Shown: positions 47,799-57,582 of the stretch, piece by piece | Position numbering within the stretch: the stretch's first letter is position 1 | Layout: every line of letters starts with the position of its first letter | Origin: a virus | Lineage: Duplodnaviria; Caudoviricetes | DNA length: 64,000 bases | Strand: one strand, 5' to 3' | IMG/VR virus record: IMGVR_UViG_3300044641_006190 | Coordinates: 1,465 to 65,464 of that record | The notes under the pieces: model-generated | The model's input: only the letters and a program-made list of their open reading frames with translations | Databases searched by the model: none | What the model was told of the DNA's origin: nothing | Made by a program: the position numbers and the translations under genes

Positions 47799-48701
47799 TT
47801 ACGGTTGTTTGGCCCGCTTGACCTCTTCGATGTATCGCTTCATGGCGTCGATCTGCATGTTCTTGCTGCCCCTGACCATCTCCGCCTCCCCAAGGATGTT
47901 CTTAATGGTGGTATCGGGGACCATGTCCGGCGCGTCGAGGAGAGAGGTGATGTCTTCCGCCACGGCGTTGCGCTCGTCCGCCTTGTCAGCGGAAATCGAG
48001 TTCCATTTCTGGGCGAGATCAACCAGACGGTTGCGCGTTTGCAGATTCGGGACCTTGCGGAGCGGGCCTTGGAACGCCTCGTTGAACTCTTTGTACCTCT
48101 CCTCAATCTTGGCCGGGATGGGCACTTGGTTCTCGTCCACAAGCCCGTCGCGCAGATGCTCCGGCAACTGCGAAAGCTGTGTGCGGGCTTTGACCAACGA
48201 CTCGAACCGGCGGTCAAGAACCGGAGCCAGTTCACGAGCGGCGTCAGGAAACTCCTGCACAAACTTCTCCATCTGGTTCTCGTCCGCCGAGCGCAGGAAC
48301 TTGAAGGACTCGTCCAGCATGCCTTTCTGCATCGCCTTCTGCTGCTGTTCCTGCATCCTGGATGTCGCCGTGCGCTGGCGGTCGGCCAGGGAGAGCACAT
48401 GCTGCACCGGAGAGGACGAGAACGTGTCCGCGCCAAATTGCATGGCCACAGCCCGGACTTTGTTGTCGTAGTCCGGGTCGAGAGGGCTGATCTGGTTGAT
48501 GGCCGAGGCGGCCTGTCCTTGCAGCTCCGCCCGTTGCCGCTCCTGCTGCATCTTGCTGATCTGCTGGATGAACTTCGCCGAGGAACCGAACATGCCTGTG
48601 GTAGGGAACTCCGCCGGGGCGGTCAGGGATGGCGGCGGAGGCGCGTTGAGAGCTTCCGCAATCGAGGCGCGTTCTTCGGGAGTGATGTCGGAGAAGGGCA
48701 T
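47799..48701 (-). CDS. Probable internal virion protein
   Basis: 300 aa, helical, upstream of the giant protein. Confidence 0.6.
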   Translation of the reverse strand: MPFSDITPEERASIAEALNAPPPPSLTAPAEFPTTGMFGSSAKFIQQISKMQQERQRAELQGQAASAINQISPLDPDYDNKVRAVAMQFGADTFSSSPVQHVLSLADRQRTATSRMQEQQQKAMQKGMLDESFKFLRSADENQMEKFVQEFPDAARELAPVLDRRFESLVKARTQLSQLPEHLRDGLVDENQVPIPAKIEERYKEFNEAFQGPLRKVPNLQTRNRLVDLAQKWNSISADKADERNAVAEDITSLLDAPDMVPDTTIKNILGEAEMVRGSKNMQIDAMKRYIEEVKRAKQP

Positions 48702-48710
48702 GGTGAATTT

Positions 48711-49796
48711 TTAGCGGCGGGCGTTCAACTTGGTCCACTCGTCAATCGCCTCGGCAGGAGTTTGCTGCGCAGTACCCATGGCCTTCCATTGCTTCACATT
48801 TTCAGCAAGAAGGCGGTTAAGCTCGTTGACACGCGCAGCAGTTTTGGCGGCTTCCTCTGGGGTCAACGGAGTTCGTGACTGGAAGTCATTTTGACCTTGA
48901 GGCTCGTCCGACCATGTGTAGCTCATCAGATTGCCCTTACCAAGATCACGAGCTTGTTGAAGACGTTGAAGTTCTCGAACTAGATTGCCTCGCTGTTCTC
49001 CCAGTAGTTTCAGCTCCTTGGACGGCAACCCCTGCACGCCGTATTCGGCTTCCATCTGTGAAAGCCGTTCTTTCTCTTGGGGAGATAGCGGGACTTTGGT
49101 TGGGGTCGGGGCTGGAGTTTGGGTTGCCGCTGGGGACGGGGATTCCGCCGTATCAAAAGGGTTACTGTACGGAATGTCCGCCAAAGAGACCTGCGGAACA
49201 TCGGGTCCATAAAACTGATCCATTTGTTCGCGGAAGGTGGTCGGAGCCGGAGCTGGAGCTGGAGCTGGAGCCTCTGGCGTCCGCTTCGGGCCGTCCTGAT
49301 AGATCGACTGCTGGAGCAAATCAGACAGGCGTTGACGGTCGGCAACAGTTCCTTCGCCGCGATTGATCGCCGCCCGTGCCTCGGTTCCCGTTTCTCCGGC
49401 ATACGGAGTAGGAGCAGCCAACGGCTTATTGGTGCCGATCACCCGGCCCTGTTTGTCCACGATGGTCTGGTAGCCGTTGTCGGAAGTCACCATCTGCGAA
49501 CCGCCAGGGAGCTGACGTTGGGAGCCGATGAGTTTGGCATTTTGCTCCACCCATTGCTTCTCCGCATCGTTCATGAATCCGTCTGCGGCGGAGCGTTCTC
49601 CGGTCATCCATTGCTGCTTGCGGGCGTCGAGAACTGCCTGCTGTCCTTCCCGAGCCGCGAGGCGGCGGCGGGCTTCGGCAAGAATCTCGGCTTGGTAGGC
49701 TTGATTGGCTCCGGGTGAATTGATCGGAGTGTTGCCACCCGTCATGATGGCAAAGTTCAAGGACTGCTCTGGGGTGAATACTTGGGGAGTGGCCAT
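48711..49796 (-). CDS. Probable internal virion protein
   Basis: 361 aa, Pro/Ala/Gln-rich. Confidence 0.6.
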   Translation of the reverse strand: MATPQVFTPEQSLNFAIMTGGNTPINSPGANQAYQAEILAEARRRLAAREGQQAVLDARKQQWMTGERSAADGFMNDAEKQWVEQNAKLIGSQRQLPGGSQMVTSDNGYQTIVDKQGRVIGTNKPLAAPTPYAGETGTEARAAINRGEGTVADRQRLSDLLQQSIYQDGPKRTPEAPAPAPAPAPTTFREQMDQFYGPDVPQVSLADIPYSNPFDTAESPSPAATQTPAPTPTKVPLSPQEKERLSQMEAEYGVQGLPSKELKLLGEQRGNLVRELQRLQQARDLGKGNLMSYTWSDEPQGQNDFQSRTPLTPEEAAKTAARVNELNRLLAENVKQWKAMGTAQQTPAEAIDEWTKLNARR

Positions 49797-49799
49797 AAA

Positions 49800-50537
49800 T
49801 TAGAAGGTGAGAGGTCCAGCCCCGAGATTGAGAGGTCCAGCTCCAACATTGAGGGGGTTCAACGGGTTTTTCTTGGCAGTCCCCGTGGCTTGCGACTGCG
49901 ACATGTTGAAGGTGGCAGGGATATTCATGGGGGATGCCGCGAGGTTGATCGGTGGCGTTGTTCCTGGAACTCCAAGCCCCATGGGATTCAGGACATTCGG
50001 CTTGGGAGAGTCGCTCTGCCCTTGGACTGTGCCCGGAACTCCTTGCGTCATGGCGTTGAACGCCTGCTTGCCCTGCTCCGTCGGAGACAGAACTGTCGGA
50101 GCGGGCGCGGTGGGAGGAGGTGCGGAAGGGGACGCAGGCGCGGTCGCCAAATTCTGAGATTCCTGCTCCTTCTGCTGGTCTTTACCCATGAACTTGTTGT
50201 AGATTTCGTCCATCTGGGACATGCCTTTTTTCTCCGCCTCCAAACGAGCGCGATAGACATCGCCAGACAACTGCGCATTGGCGAGACTCGCCTGCTGACC
50301 GGCCATAGCTGCCCCAAATTTGGCTGCTTCGACTTGCCCCGGACGTGCGGTGCCTCGGGAGATCATGCCCACAAGTCGTCCTGGATCGGTGGTGCTGCGG
50401 CCCACAGGAGTCGCGGCACGGTTGGCCAAACTGTTGGCCCCGAACGGCTGCTGTTGGAGCTGCTGAAACTGAGAGGGCTGGGATTTGTCCCACGGGTTTG
50501 AGGCGTATGACCGATTGAATTGCGAAGGAGTAGCCAT
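49800..50537 (-). CDS. Probable internal virion protein
   Basis: Low-complexity Q/P/G-rich; starts MATP like its downstream neighbour. Confidence 0.55.
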   Translation of the reverse strand: MATPSQFNRSYASNPWDKSQPSQFQQLQQQPFGANSLANRAATPVGRSTTDPGRLVGMISRGTARPGQVEAAKFGAAMAGQQASLANAQLSGDVYRARLEAEKKGMSQMDEIYNKFMGKDQQKEQESQNLATAPASPSAPPPTAPAPTVLSPTEQGKQAFNAMTQGVPGTVQGQSDSPKPNVLNPMGLGVPGTTPPINLAASPMNIPATFNMSQSQATGTAKKNPLNPLNVGAGPLNLGAGPLTF

Positions 50538-50545
50538 GGAAAAAG

Positions 50546-51493
50546 TCAACGGGTGGTAGGTATCGCACGGAGGCCAGCCGCAGCAAACGAGCCATTGAAC
50601 ACATGTCGCGCCATTCCACGGGTCTCTTTCAACTGCTGATTGAGGAGGGAGTAGCACCGTCCCCAATAAGCGTCGGCAGAGGCCGGATCGTTGGCGTCCT
50701 CATAAACTAGAGCCAAAATTCCCATCTTCAAGGCTCCAATATTGGCTGGAACCACCGGCTCGTCCTCCAGGACAAGCGGAAGATACTTGAGCTTGCACAG
50801 CCCGGTCACGACTTTGGTCGTGTTGGCGAGGCGGTAGCGGCGGTATTGCGGACGTGTTTCGCCGGGGGCGTATTCCGCCAGCAGGGTCTCATCATCGCCG
50901 TTGACCACATAAAGCTGCACGACGCCTTTCGTCACAGGTTTGACGACGGACGTGACCCGGAAAAAGCTCTGCGCGGTGTCCACCGGAGTCTCGGCCAGCT
51001 CAACTTCCTCGCCGAGGGAGCCTTCGTTGTAAACGTCGCTGCCATACTCGTCAGAGTGGCCGAACACACGGAGCGTGATCTCCGCGTCCTCCGGGTCAAG
51101 AATCTTCCAACGGAGCACCCCGGCGGTGGTCGGGTCGATGGTAGTGGCAAAATTGTCGCCGAGGTCGATGGCGCTGCCGATGTCCGGGAGCGGAGAGGGA
51201 ATGGAGCCCGGGCCGGAGACGAGATACTCATACCAACGGGACTGGATGCCCTGGACGCCGTGGTTGACATGCAGACCAAGCAGAGACTCGGCATCACGCG
51301 GCAGCGAAATGTAGTCCCGGTCGCCCATGTTGAAGTTGACCTTGAAAGTCATGCCTTTCCACTTGCCGGAATTGATCACGCGCTCGCGCACCTGATTGAG
51401 GTAGGACAGGAATTTCTCGGAATTGACATCCTCCGGGGTAACGTAGGAATACAAATTGGTCCGGGCGTCGGCGACGATCAGGTTCGAGGTCAT
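50546..51493 (-). CDS. Probable head-tail adaptor / tail tubular protein
   Basis: 315 aa; helical ends (YLNQVRER...W; ALKMGILA) flank a beta-rich core; structural context. Confidence 0.55.
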   Translation of the reverse strand: MTSNLIVADARTNLYSYVTPEDVNSEKFLSYLNQVRERVINSGKWKGMTFKVNFNMGDRDYISLPRDAESLLGLHVNHGVQGIQSRWYEYLVSGPGSIPSPLPDIGSAIDLGDNFATTIDPTTAGVLRWKILDPEDAEITLRVFGHSDEYGSDVYNEGSLGEEVELAETPVDTAQSFFRVTSVVKPVTKGVVQLYVVNGDDETLLAEYAPGETRPQYRRYRLANTTKVVTGLCKLKYLPLVLEDEPVVPANIGALKMGILALVYEDANDPASADAYWGRCYSLLNQQLKETRGMARHVFNGSFAAAGLRAIPTTR

Positions 51494-51522
51494 GGAAAAC
51501 CATAAGCCTCATCCTCCTAAGC

Positions 51523-52320
51523 TCAAGGGGGAGGATAGGAGCCAGCCAGATAGCCGGAAGTGCCTGACATATCCCCGGCGCTCGTGTTGCCAAAATTGAA
51601 GACTTTGGAGTAGATTGCCCACTGGGAAAAACAGGCGACCTCTTTGCCGTTTCCGCCGTTGGTTACCATTTCCCGTGCCCCCTCATTTTTCACAAGGTCT
51701 TCGGCAAGGATGGCGGCATTTTCTGACTCGGTTGGGTTTCCCCAAAGACGCAGCTCGGAGGCTTGGCCCCCATCGGTGCCTTGGAACCGCTCGATCAAGA
51801 AATAGAGGGTGTAAGTTCCTGGGTCGTACAAGAACCCTCCTCCCGCCGGAGAAGGATAAACGGATTCTGGGATTTCCTCGGGGGAGAAAAGTTCAAAGGA
51901 CGCGGGACCAGGAGTAATCGACTGCCGTTCAACGTAGGAACCGCCGGTGTAGGAATTGACACTGAAAGTCTGCCTTAGGTAGAGGAGCCGTTCTTGATTT
52001 TTTGGGATAAACAAGAAGGGGCGCGGAGAAGAGTAGCAGCCTTCTCCGTCGATCGTAGAGGACGGATCAAGAGGCAGCACGAACAGATTTGAGCCGCCTT
52101 CCCCTCCTTGTGAATAGTAGGGGAGCGGGGGAAACCACGGCGCGACCTGTTCGTCAGCCGAGGGCGTTATGGGTTCTGCAAAGGAGCCAACTACCGTGAA
52201 CGGAAATCCTGGAACCACTTTTGTTGTCGGACTTCCCGGTTTGAACTCGATCTGCTTGATGGCCTCAGAGACCAGCCCGCCAACTTTACTGATGATTACG
52301 TCTGCGCCTTCGGAGGTCAT
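51523..52320 (-). CDS. Virion hypothetical protein
   Basis: 265 aa, beta-rich, coupled. Confidence 0.6.
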   Translation of the reverse strand: MTSEGADVIISKVGGLVSEAIKQIEFKPGSPTTKVVPGFPFTVVGSFAEPITPSADEQVAPWFPPLPYYSQGGEGGSNLFVLPLDPSSTIDGEGCYSSPRPFLFIPKNQERLLYLRQTFSVNSYTGGSYVERQSITPGPASFELFSPEEIPESVYPSPAGGGFLYDPGTYTLYFLIERFQGTDGGQASELRLWGNPTESENAAILAEDLVKNEGAREMVTNGGNGKEVACFSQWAIYSKVFNFGNTSAGDMSGTSGYLAGSYPPP

Positions 52321-53021
52321 GGATTGATGGCGGTTGCGATTCGGGTAAAGGGAGCGGCAGTCACCGACGACAGGCCCGCTCCGGTTAGAGAGTCAGTGAA
52401 GGAAGTTACTTTAATCGGGAAATAAACATACCCCGGGATAGCTTTCCCCTCTTCGGTGTAAACACCAATCAAAGTGTAGGATTTGCTCACGGAATTAGTG
52501 ATCGAAACTTCCGAGATGTCCGTCGCGTCAACCGGCCAGACAACCTCCCCGGGAGATCGGGGGTAAGGGTCATCCAAACCCTGCTGGAAGATTTGATTGG
52601 AGACTAAATCCGCCCGGATTTCCCATGTTCCTCCTCCAAGATCATGCTTGTAAAGCGACCAAACTTTCTCCAGAAAGACCGCTCCGCCGTTCGTTTGCCG
52701 GATCAACGATGGTCTGTTCTCGGAAAAAAGGGATCGACCCTGCAACTCCGGCTCAAGAAACACTCCGTCGTTTTGGCGGGAGCCGTCATAGCTGTCGGTG
52801 ACGAACGGAACGATAAACACCCGGTCATTCATCACCTGCAACTGACCGGCATATTTCCACTCGTAGGTGGTGCCGGTGCCAAGCAAGCCTTGTTGCGGCT
52901 GAACCGTGATGTATTCGCCGACACGTTTTACCTGCGGTCCCGAAGGAGCGTCCATGATCTGCGCAACGCGCTGGTCAATCAGCTCGGATGCTTTCGCCAA
53001 AAGTCTTTCCTCCATGCTCAT
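52317..53021 (-). CDS. Virion hypothetical protein
   Basis: 234 aa, coupled. Confidence 0.6.
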   Translation of the reverse strand: MSMEERLLAKASELIDQRVAQIMDAPSGPQVKRVGEYITVQPQQGLLGTGTTYEWKYAGQLQVMNDRVFIVPFVTDSYDGSRQNDGVFLEPELQGRSLFSENRPSLIRQTNGGAVFLEKVWSLYKHDLGGGTWEIRADLVSNQIFQQGLDDPYPRSPGEVVWPVDATDISEVSITNSVSKSYTLIGVYTEEGKAIPGYVYFPIKVTSFTDSLTGAGLSSVTAAPFTRIATAINP

Positions 53022-53209
53022 GCTAGAAACTCTCCATTGTTTACCCGGACGCTGCCGTCAGACACAAACGAGAACGTATCGAACACCATGTTGATCTGCG
53101 TCTCAAGCAGATGCCACAGGGCGGCCTCCTGCGCCTCCTCGCCCAACGAACCGTCGAGCGCGGCGACATCAGGGTCAGGTGAGGATGATGGTGACGTTGA
53201 CTGATCCAC
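53018..53209 (-). CDS. Small hypothetical protein
   Basis: 63 aa, fills the gap and is ATGA-coupled downstream. Confidence 0.4.
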   Translation of the reverse strand: MDQSTSPSSSPDPDVAALDGSLGEEAQEAALWHLLETQINMVFDTFSFVSDGSVRVNNGEFLA

Positions 53210-55457
53210 GGTCTCCGGCGTCGTTGTATGCGGTGAATTGAAGGACCCAAGTCCCGATGTTCTGCGAGTGGTTGCCTGCGGACCCGGAGATTACCCCGGT
53301 GTCCGTGTCGAACACAAGTCCGGTCTCCGCAAGGAAGAAGTTAGGATTAATTGGGTGGGCAGGTCTCGATACTGTGCCGTCGTATGTCCAATACGTTGGG
53401 GAGTTGGACGCGGCGATTGTGATGTCGGCAATCGGGGCCGCGTTGTGTGCCCTCGAAAAACTCTGCGCGGCCGTGATGGTCGGCTTGGCCGTGTAGTTGA
53501 TCGTGATCGGAACCGCGCCACGGTTGCCAGCGGCGTTGCCTGCCGTGATGTTGAGCACCCAGACGCGGCTGAGAAGATCGGTGCCGGAAGCGCCCCCCGA
53601 AATAAGGCCGGTGGAGGCGTTGAACGACAGCCCAGTCTGGATCGTGAAGAACGGGCTTCCGGCGTCCGGGGTGCTGGACACCGTGCTCTGGCTCCAAGTC
53701 GTTGGCGAATTGGTGGCAACTGGCTGGAAGGAAATCCCAAGCTCTCCTTCCTCGAAGGAGAACACCTGCGACGGAGACACAGTGGGCTTGGCGGCGTAGT
53801 TGAGGGTCAAGGTTTGCTCGACCGAGCCCGCGTCGTTGGCCACGGTCACCGTTGCGAGAATCGTCTCGCTCAGGTCTGGTGTCGGCGTGCCGGAAACAAC
53901 CCCTGTGGTGGCGTTGATGCTGACCCCGGCCGGGAGCCCGTCAGCAGAGAATGTCAGCGATCCACCGGTGGCGTTGTAGTCGATGGCGCTCATCGCCGCG
54001 TCCTCAAGGATGGTGGCGGAGAAAGGCCCGTTCGAGAATACCGGAACCGCCAGGATGGTGGACATCTCCAAGACATTGGAAGTCAGAGCCCCGACCACCA
54101 CTTTGATGTCATAGGCCGTCCCTGCTGTGAGGCCGGTGAACGTGTAGTCGTTGCCGGTCAGTCCCGTTGCTGTGGGGCTGCCCCACGATCCACCGTGCGC
54201 CCGGATGTAAACACTGGCGGTGCCGGAGGCCCCCGTGACCCAGGTAACGTGTGCGGTAGTGGCGGTGACCTCCAAAACCGAGGCCAAAAGGATCAGGGAG
54301 AGATCGGTGTAGTAGGGGTTGTAGATACGGATGCGGCGAGAGAAGTACCCGCCAAAACTAGGCCGGATGTCGAGCTTGCTGTCGATGTATTGAGGCCAGT
54401 CCGCCGGATAGGTCGGCGAGATGTATTGCCGGTAATCGTACCATTTATAGACCGGATGGTTCGTGCCTGAGTTCTCGAAAATCTCGAACCCTTGATGGAG
54501 AGTGGGGGGAATAGACACTTGAAGCAACGCCCCGTCCCAAGTGATCGGGGCGGGGATCATCACCTGTCCAACGGTAGTCACGTTCGGAACGGTCTTCGTC
54601 CATTGCTCATAGACGATGCCCACACAGGGACCATCATACGCCTGTCGCAGGTAGTTTGGCATGGTGATGGCCTTGCCGTAGCCTCCCTCCTGTAAAGGCG
54701 GACGAAACTGGCTGAACGGATTGGAGGCATTCAACACCGCAGGCCATGAATAGTTGACGATGATCGGGTATGGATCGCGGGTAGCCACTCCGCCCGATGC
54801 CGCACCGGCCAGTCCTTGCGCCTGCTTGACGGTTTTGATAGACCAAAGCGAGTTGACCGGCTGCACTTCCGCATACTCGCCCGAGTTGTCGATCTGTTGG
54901 CCTGGGGTTCCTGCGGGAACTTTTTCTTTGGAGTAGGTGTAGAGATTTCCGGTGTCCGGGTCGAACTCCTGCCCGGACAGGATCGCAGTCACGTCCTCCC
55001 ACACCACCTGGACAACCACATAAAGGTTGTCGAGCTTGGCGATGTCCGACCTCGATTGCGTGGTGGCAACGATCTGGTAGTCGTCCGTGTCGATAAATTC
55101 CGGTGCCGTGTAAACGACGCCGCCCGCCGCGTACTCGTCACGGGGGATCAAGAAGGTCTGCTTGACTGTCGGGCGCTCCGCCGAGTCGTCGATTTCCCAG
55201 TTGTAGAGGTGCTGGTTTTCGCGGTCGGCCACATAGACCCACCGCTGAACTCCCTTGTCCCCGGGCTCGGCCCAGCAAAACTTGTGGTTCGGCCATTTGG
55301 CGGAGTTCGGATGGGGCGTCCCAAACTCCGGGTGAGTCGCATTGACCGCGACTTTGGTGTCCACGGTTTCAGAAACCAGCAAATCCCCGATCAGCGGGGT
55401 CACCGGCAGTTTTTGAACCGGTGTTGGGATCGGTGCGATGGGAAGTGGTGACGGCAT
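53175..55457 (-). CDS. Tail/virion protein with Fn3 and putative Ig repeats
   Basis: YTFTGLTAGTAYDIKV (Fn3-like); GLPAGVSINATTGVVSGTP, GLSFNASTGLISG, GLVFDTDTGVISG. Confidence 0.8.
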   Translation of the reverse strand: MPSPLPIAPIPTPVQKLPVTPLIGDLLVSETVDTKVAVNATHPEFGTPHPNSAKWPNHKFCWAEPGDKGVQRWVYVADRENQHLYNWEIDDSAERPTVKQTFLIPRDEYAAGGVVYTAPEFIDTDDYQIVATTQSRSDIAKLDNLYVVVQVVWEDVTAILSGQEFDPDTGNLYTYSKEKVPAGTPGQQIDNSGEYAEVQPVNSLWSIKTVKQAQGLAGAASGGVATRDPYPIIVNYSWPAVLNASNPFSQFRPPLQEGGYGKAITMPNYLRQAYDGPCVGIVYEQWTKTVPNVTTVGQVMIPAPITWDGALLQVSIPPTLHQGFEIFENSGTNHPVYKWYDYRQYISPTYPADWPQYIDSKLDIRPSFGGYFSRRIRIYNPYYTDLSLILLASVLEVTATTAHVTWVTGASGTASVYIRAHGGSWGSPTATGLTGNDYTFTGLTAGTAYDIKVVVGALTSNVLEMSTILAVPVFSNGPFSATILEDAAMSAIDYNATGGSLTFSADGLPAGVSINATTGVVSGTPTPDLSETILATVTVANDAGSVEQTLTLNYAAKPTVSPSQVFSFEEGELGISFQPVATNSPTTWSQSTVSSTPDAGSPFFTIQTGLSFNASTGLISGGASGTDLLSRVWVLNITAGNAAGNRGAVPITINYTAKPTITAAQSFSRAHNAAPIADITIAASNSPTYWTYDGTVSRPAHPINPNFFLAETGLVFDTDTGVISGSAGNHSQNIGTWVLQFTAYNDAGDRGSVNVTIILT

Positions 55458-55462
55458 GCTGG

Positions 55463-55981
55463 CTAGTCTAGCCGGATACCCATCCGCAAGCAAGTCTCCT
55501 TGAGCTTGGTCCGGAGGTCGTCCACGGTTCCGTCATTGAGGATCGAGGCATCCAAAACCAGCGGACTCACCCCTGCTTCGGATGCGTGCTCCATCTGCTC
55601 AAGGTTGGGACGCCCGATCTCGATAACGACACCTCCGAGCCGGTGGATAAGCTCCGCCTCATTATCAAAGCGGACATCATCACACACCACGTTGCCGCCT
55701 GCCCTGGTGATCGAGACCATCTGGCGGCGGGCCGCCCGGAGCCAGATGTCCGTGCCGACCATATTGCGGCCCCAGTCAGTCCCAAGGCTCTGGTAGCATT
55801 CCCGAACCGACTTGCCGCAAAGCTCGGGCGGTCGGGCATTCTTGTCAGTCTCATCGGTGAGAACCGCCAGCATCCGCTTCAACGGGGCTGCGAAGCTGCT
55901 TTTTGTCCATCCAGAGTTGGTGAGAATCTCTGCGGCGGTAGTTTTACCCGCTTGGGCCAGTCCGGTGAATGCGATAATCAT
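55463..55981 (-). CDS. Deoxynucleoside monophosphate kinase
   Basis: IIAFTGLAQAGKTT, SFAAPLK, YQSLGTDWGR, DDVRFDNE, HASE. Confidence 0.9.
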   Translation of the reverse strand: MIIAFTGLAQAGKTTAAEILTNSGWTKSSFAAPLKRMLAVLTDETDKNARPPELCGKSVRECYQSLGTDWGRNMVGTDIWLRAARRQMVSITRAGGNVVCDDVRFDNEAELIHRLGGVVIEIGRPNLEQMEHASEAGVSPLVLDASILNDGTVDDLRTKLKETCLRMGIRLD

Positions 55982-56179
55982 GAGGGGCAGGTGGTTTGAC
56001 GTTTCTCAGGCAGGGCGAGGCGTTTCGGTCGGCGCTTTCGGTAGCGAAAAGTGGCAGGGAGTTTGATGCAGCGCAACAAAGATGCGCTGAGAAAAGTCAC
56101 AGGTTTCTCAAACGACACGCTTTGCTCAAGGCAGTAGCGAGTTGCGGCATCAACCATGATGGAGGGGCGGAGAGTCATA

Positions 56180-56494
56180 CTACCAAAGGTTAAGAGTTAG
56201 TCCGAGTGCTTCGGCGCGTTGGGTTGCGGTTGCTTGCAGTGCATCACTAACTGTAAAACCTCTATAACCATGCACAGGGTCAATGATTAAAGCCAAATGA
56301 TCGCAAAACTTGTCTCTAAGATTCCATTCTTTAGACCATGTTTGTTGCTCCAACTCATGCACCGCGTTGAGATCGTTGAAGTAGTCGGGTGGTGGAGCAT
56401 AATAACCGTGCGGAGATAACCAGCCTAAACCACGTTTGTCAGGTTTCCACCTAGCAGCCTCCGCTAGCTTGATTCGTTTTTCTTCTTGTGTCAT
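56180..56494 (-). CDS. AT-rich moron-like hypothetical protein
   Basis: MTQEEKRIKLAEAARW...PDYFNDLNAVHELE...ATATQRAEAL; TTGACA upstream. Confidence 0.7.
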   Translation of the reverse strand: MTQEEKRIKLAEAARWKPDKRGLGWLSPHGYYAPPPDYFNDLNAVHELEQQTWSKEWNLRDKFCDHLALIIDPVHGYRGFTVSDALQATATQRAEALGLTLNLW

Positions 56495-56544
56495 AGTGGT
56501 TGGTCGTCTATCCATACTACCACATAAACAGCTAATTAATGCTG

Positions 56545-57405
56545 TCAACCGTCTTCCTGGCGGCTCTTGAAGTAGGCGGCAACCTCCTGGACGATCTCCG
56601 CCGGAGCTTGTGCTGACCACGCCAGCAACTTGTTGGGGGCGATCTCGATGTCTTTGGTGACATCCACCCTGGCCACTCGCAGACAACGACCGGCATAATC
56701 CCTGTCCTCCATGCTCCCGTGCCATTCGTGGATGATCTTGCCGGGGATGTATCCGGTGGAGATTCCTTTGAAGTTCGATGCCCATTGATCGAACAGCGAC
56801 CTGTCGGCCCCGAGATGGTTTTCCACCGACCTCCACATCGGCAGGTTGAGCATGGCCAGCGCCATAACGGTGTCCCCTCCCCCGGAGAGCGTGCGAGGAA
56901 ACAGCCCACCGGCCTTGTCCCAGAGCGGCTTGCGCATAGCCCAGGCAAACCCTGGATGCGACTGCCATCGGTGGTCGAGACCTGCCATTGCCGAGCCTTG
57001 ACGGTTGATCTCAACATCCCCGTCCGGGCCTACCCAACAGGCTGTGGTAAAAAGCTGCACGACATCATGCGTCTGGAGCCCCTGCTCCGTGGCCTTCACC
57101 CAATCAGGATTGGCGAACCAAATATCCGTGTCCAGCCATGCGATGTTATCGTACTCCGGCGGCACCATGGATGCCGCGAGGTTTATCGCCGCCTCCTTCT
57201 GCCACAACTTCTGTGTTTTTGGGTCGATCACGACGCGAGACCACTTCGGGTAGTCTTTGGTGGCGGGAGTTTGTCCGGGGAGCAGAAGTTCCACACCAAA
57301 TACGGGGACTCCATCTCTGCGCATCTGCCGTAGGAACCGGAGAAGATTGGCCCGTGGGCGGGTGAACCCGGAAAAATTGAAATAGCAAGAGACCGCTGCA
57401 ATCAT
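56545..57405 (-). CDS. Glycosyltransferase-like protein (GT-A)
   Basis: LWQKEAAIN, IAWLDTD, HPGFAWA, GGGD, HEWHG. Confidence 0.7.
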   Translation of the reverse strand: MIAAVSCYFNFSGFTRPRANLLRFLRQMRRDGVPVFGVELLLPGQTPATKDYPKWSRVVIDPKTQKLWQKEAAINLAASMVPPEYDNIAWLDTDIWFANPDWVKATEQGLQTHDVVQLFTTACWVGPDGDVEINRQGSAMAGLDHRWQSHPGFAWAMRKPLWDKAGGLFPRTLSGGGDTVMALAMLNLPMWRSVENHLGADRSLFDQWASNFKGISTGYIPGKIIHEWHGSMEDRDYAGRCLRVARVDVTKDIEIAPNKLLAWSAQAPAEIVQEVAAYFKSRQEDG

Positions 57406-57413
57406 GCCTTTTG

Positions 57414-57581
57414 TTACCGGGAACTCTGGCACATGGCAAGCAGGTCTTGCTTGACGAGTTCCAAGACTCCAAGGACTTCTGCAATGGTCACATCCGACTC
57501 CTGTCCGTAGCGTCGAAGGACGGCATGGATTTCAACCCGCAGCGCCTCGCTGCCGGAATGTGAGAAATTTTCCTGATCCAG
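57414..57581 (-). CDS. Small hypothetical protein, apparent CTG start
   Basis: Hand-translated (L)DQENFSHSGSEALRVEIHAVLRRY...IAEVLGVLELVKQDLL; fills the gap exactly. Confidence 0.45.
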   Translation of the reverse strand: MDQENFSHSGSEALRVEIHAVLRRYGQESDVTIAEVLGVLELVKQDLLAMCQSSR

Positions 57582-57582
57582 A

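Noticed and set aside
37103-48878. Several 430-570-aa plus-strand ORFs
   Set aside because: Antisense shadows of the giant protein and its neighbour; unlike the intein case, they show no domain motifs.
55978-56178. 66-aa minus-strand ORF
   Set aside because: It fits the gap but has no recognisable features; too weak to call.
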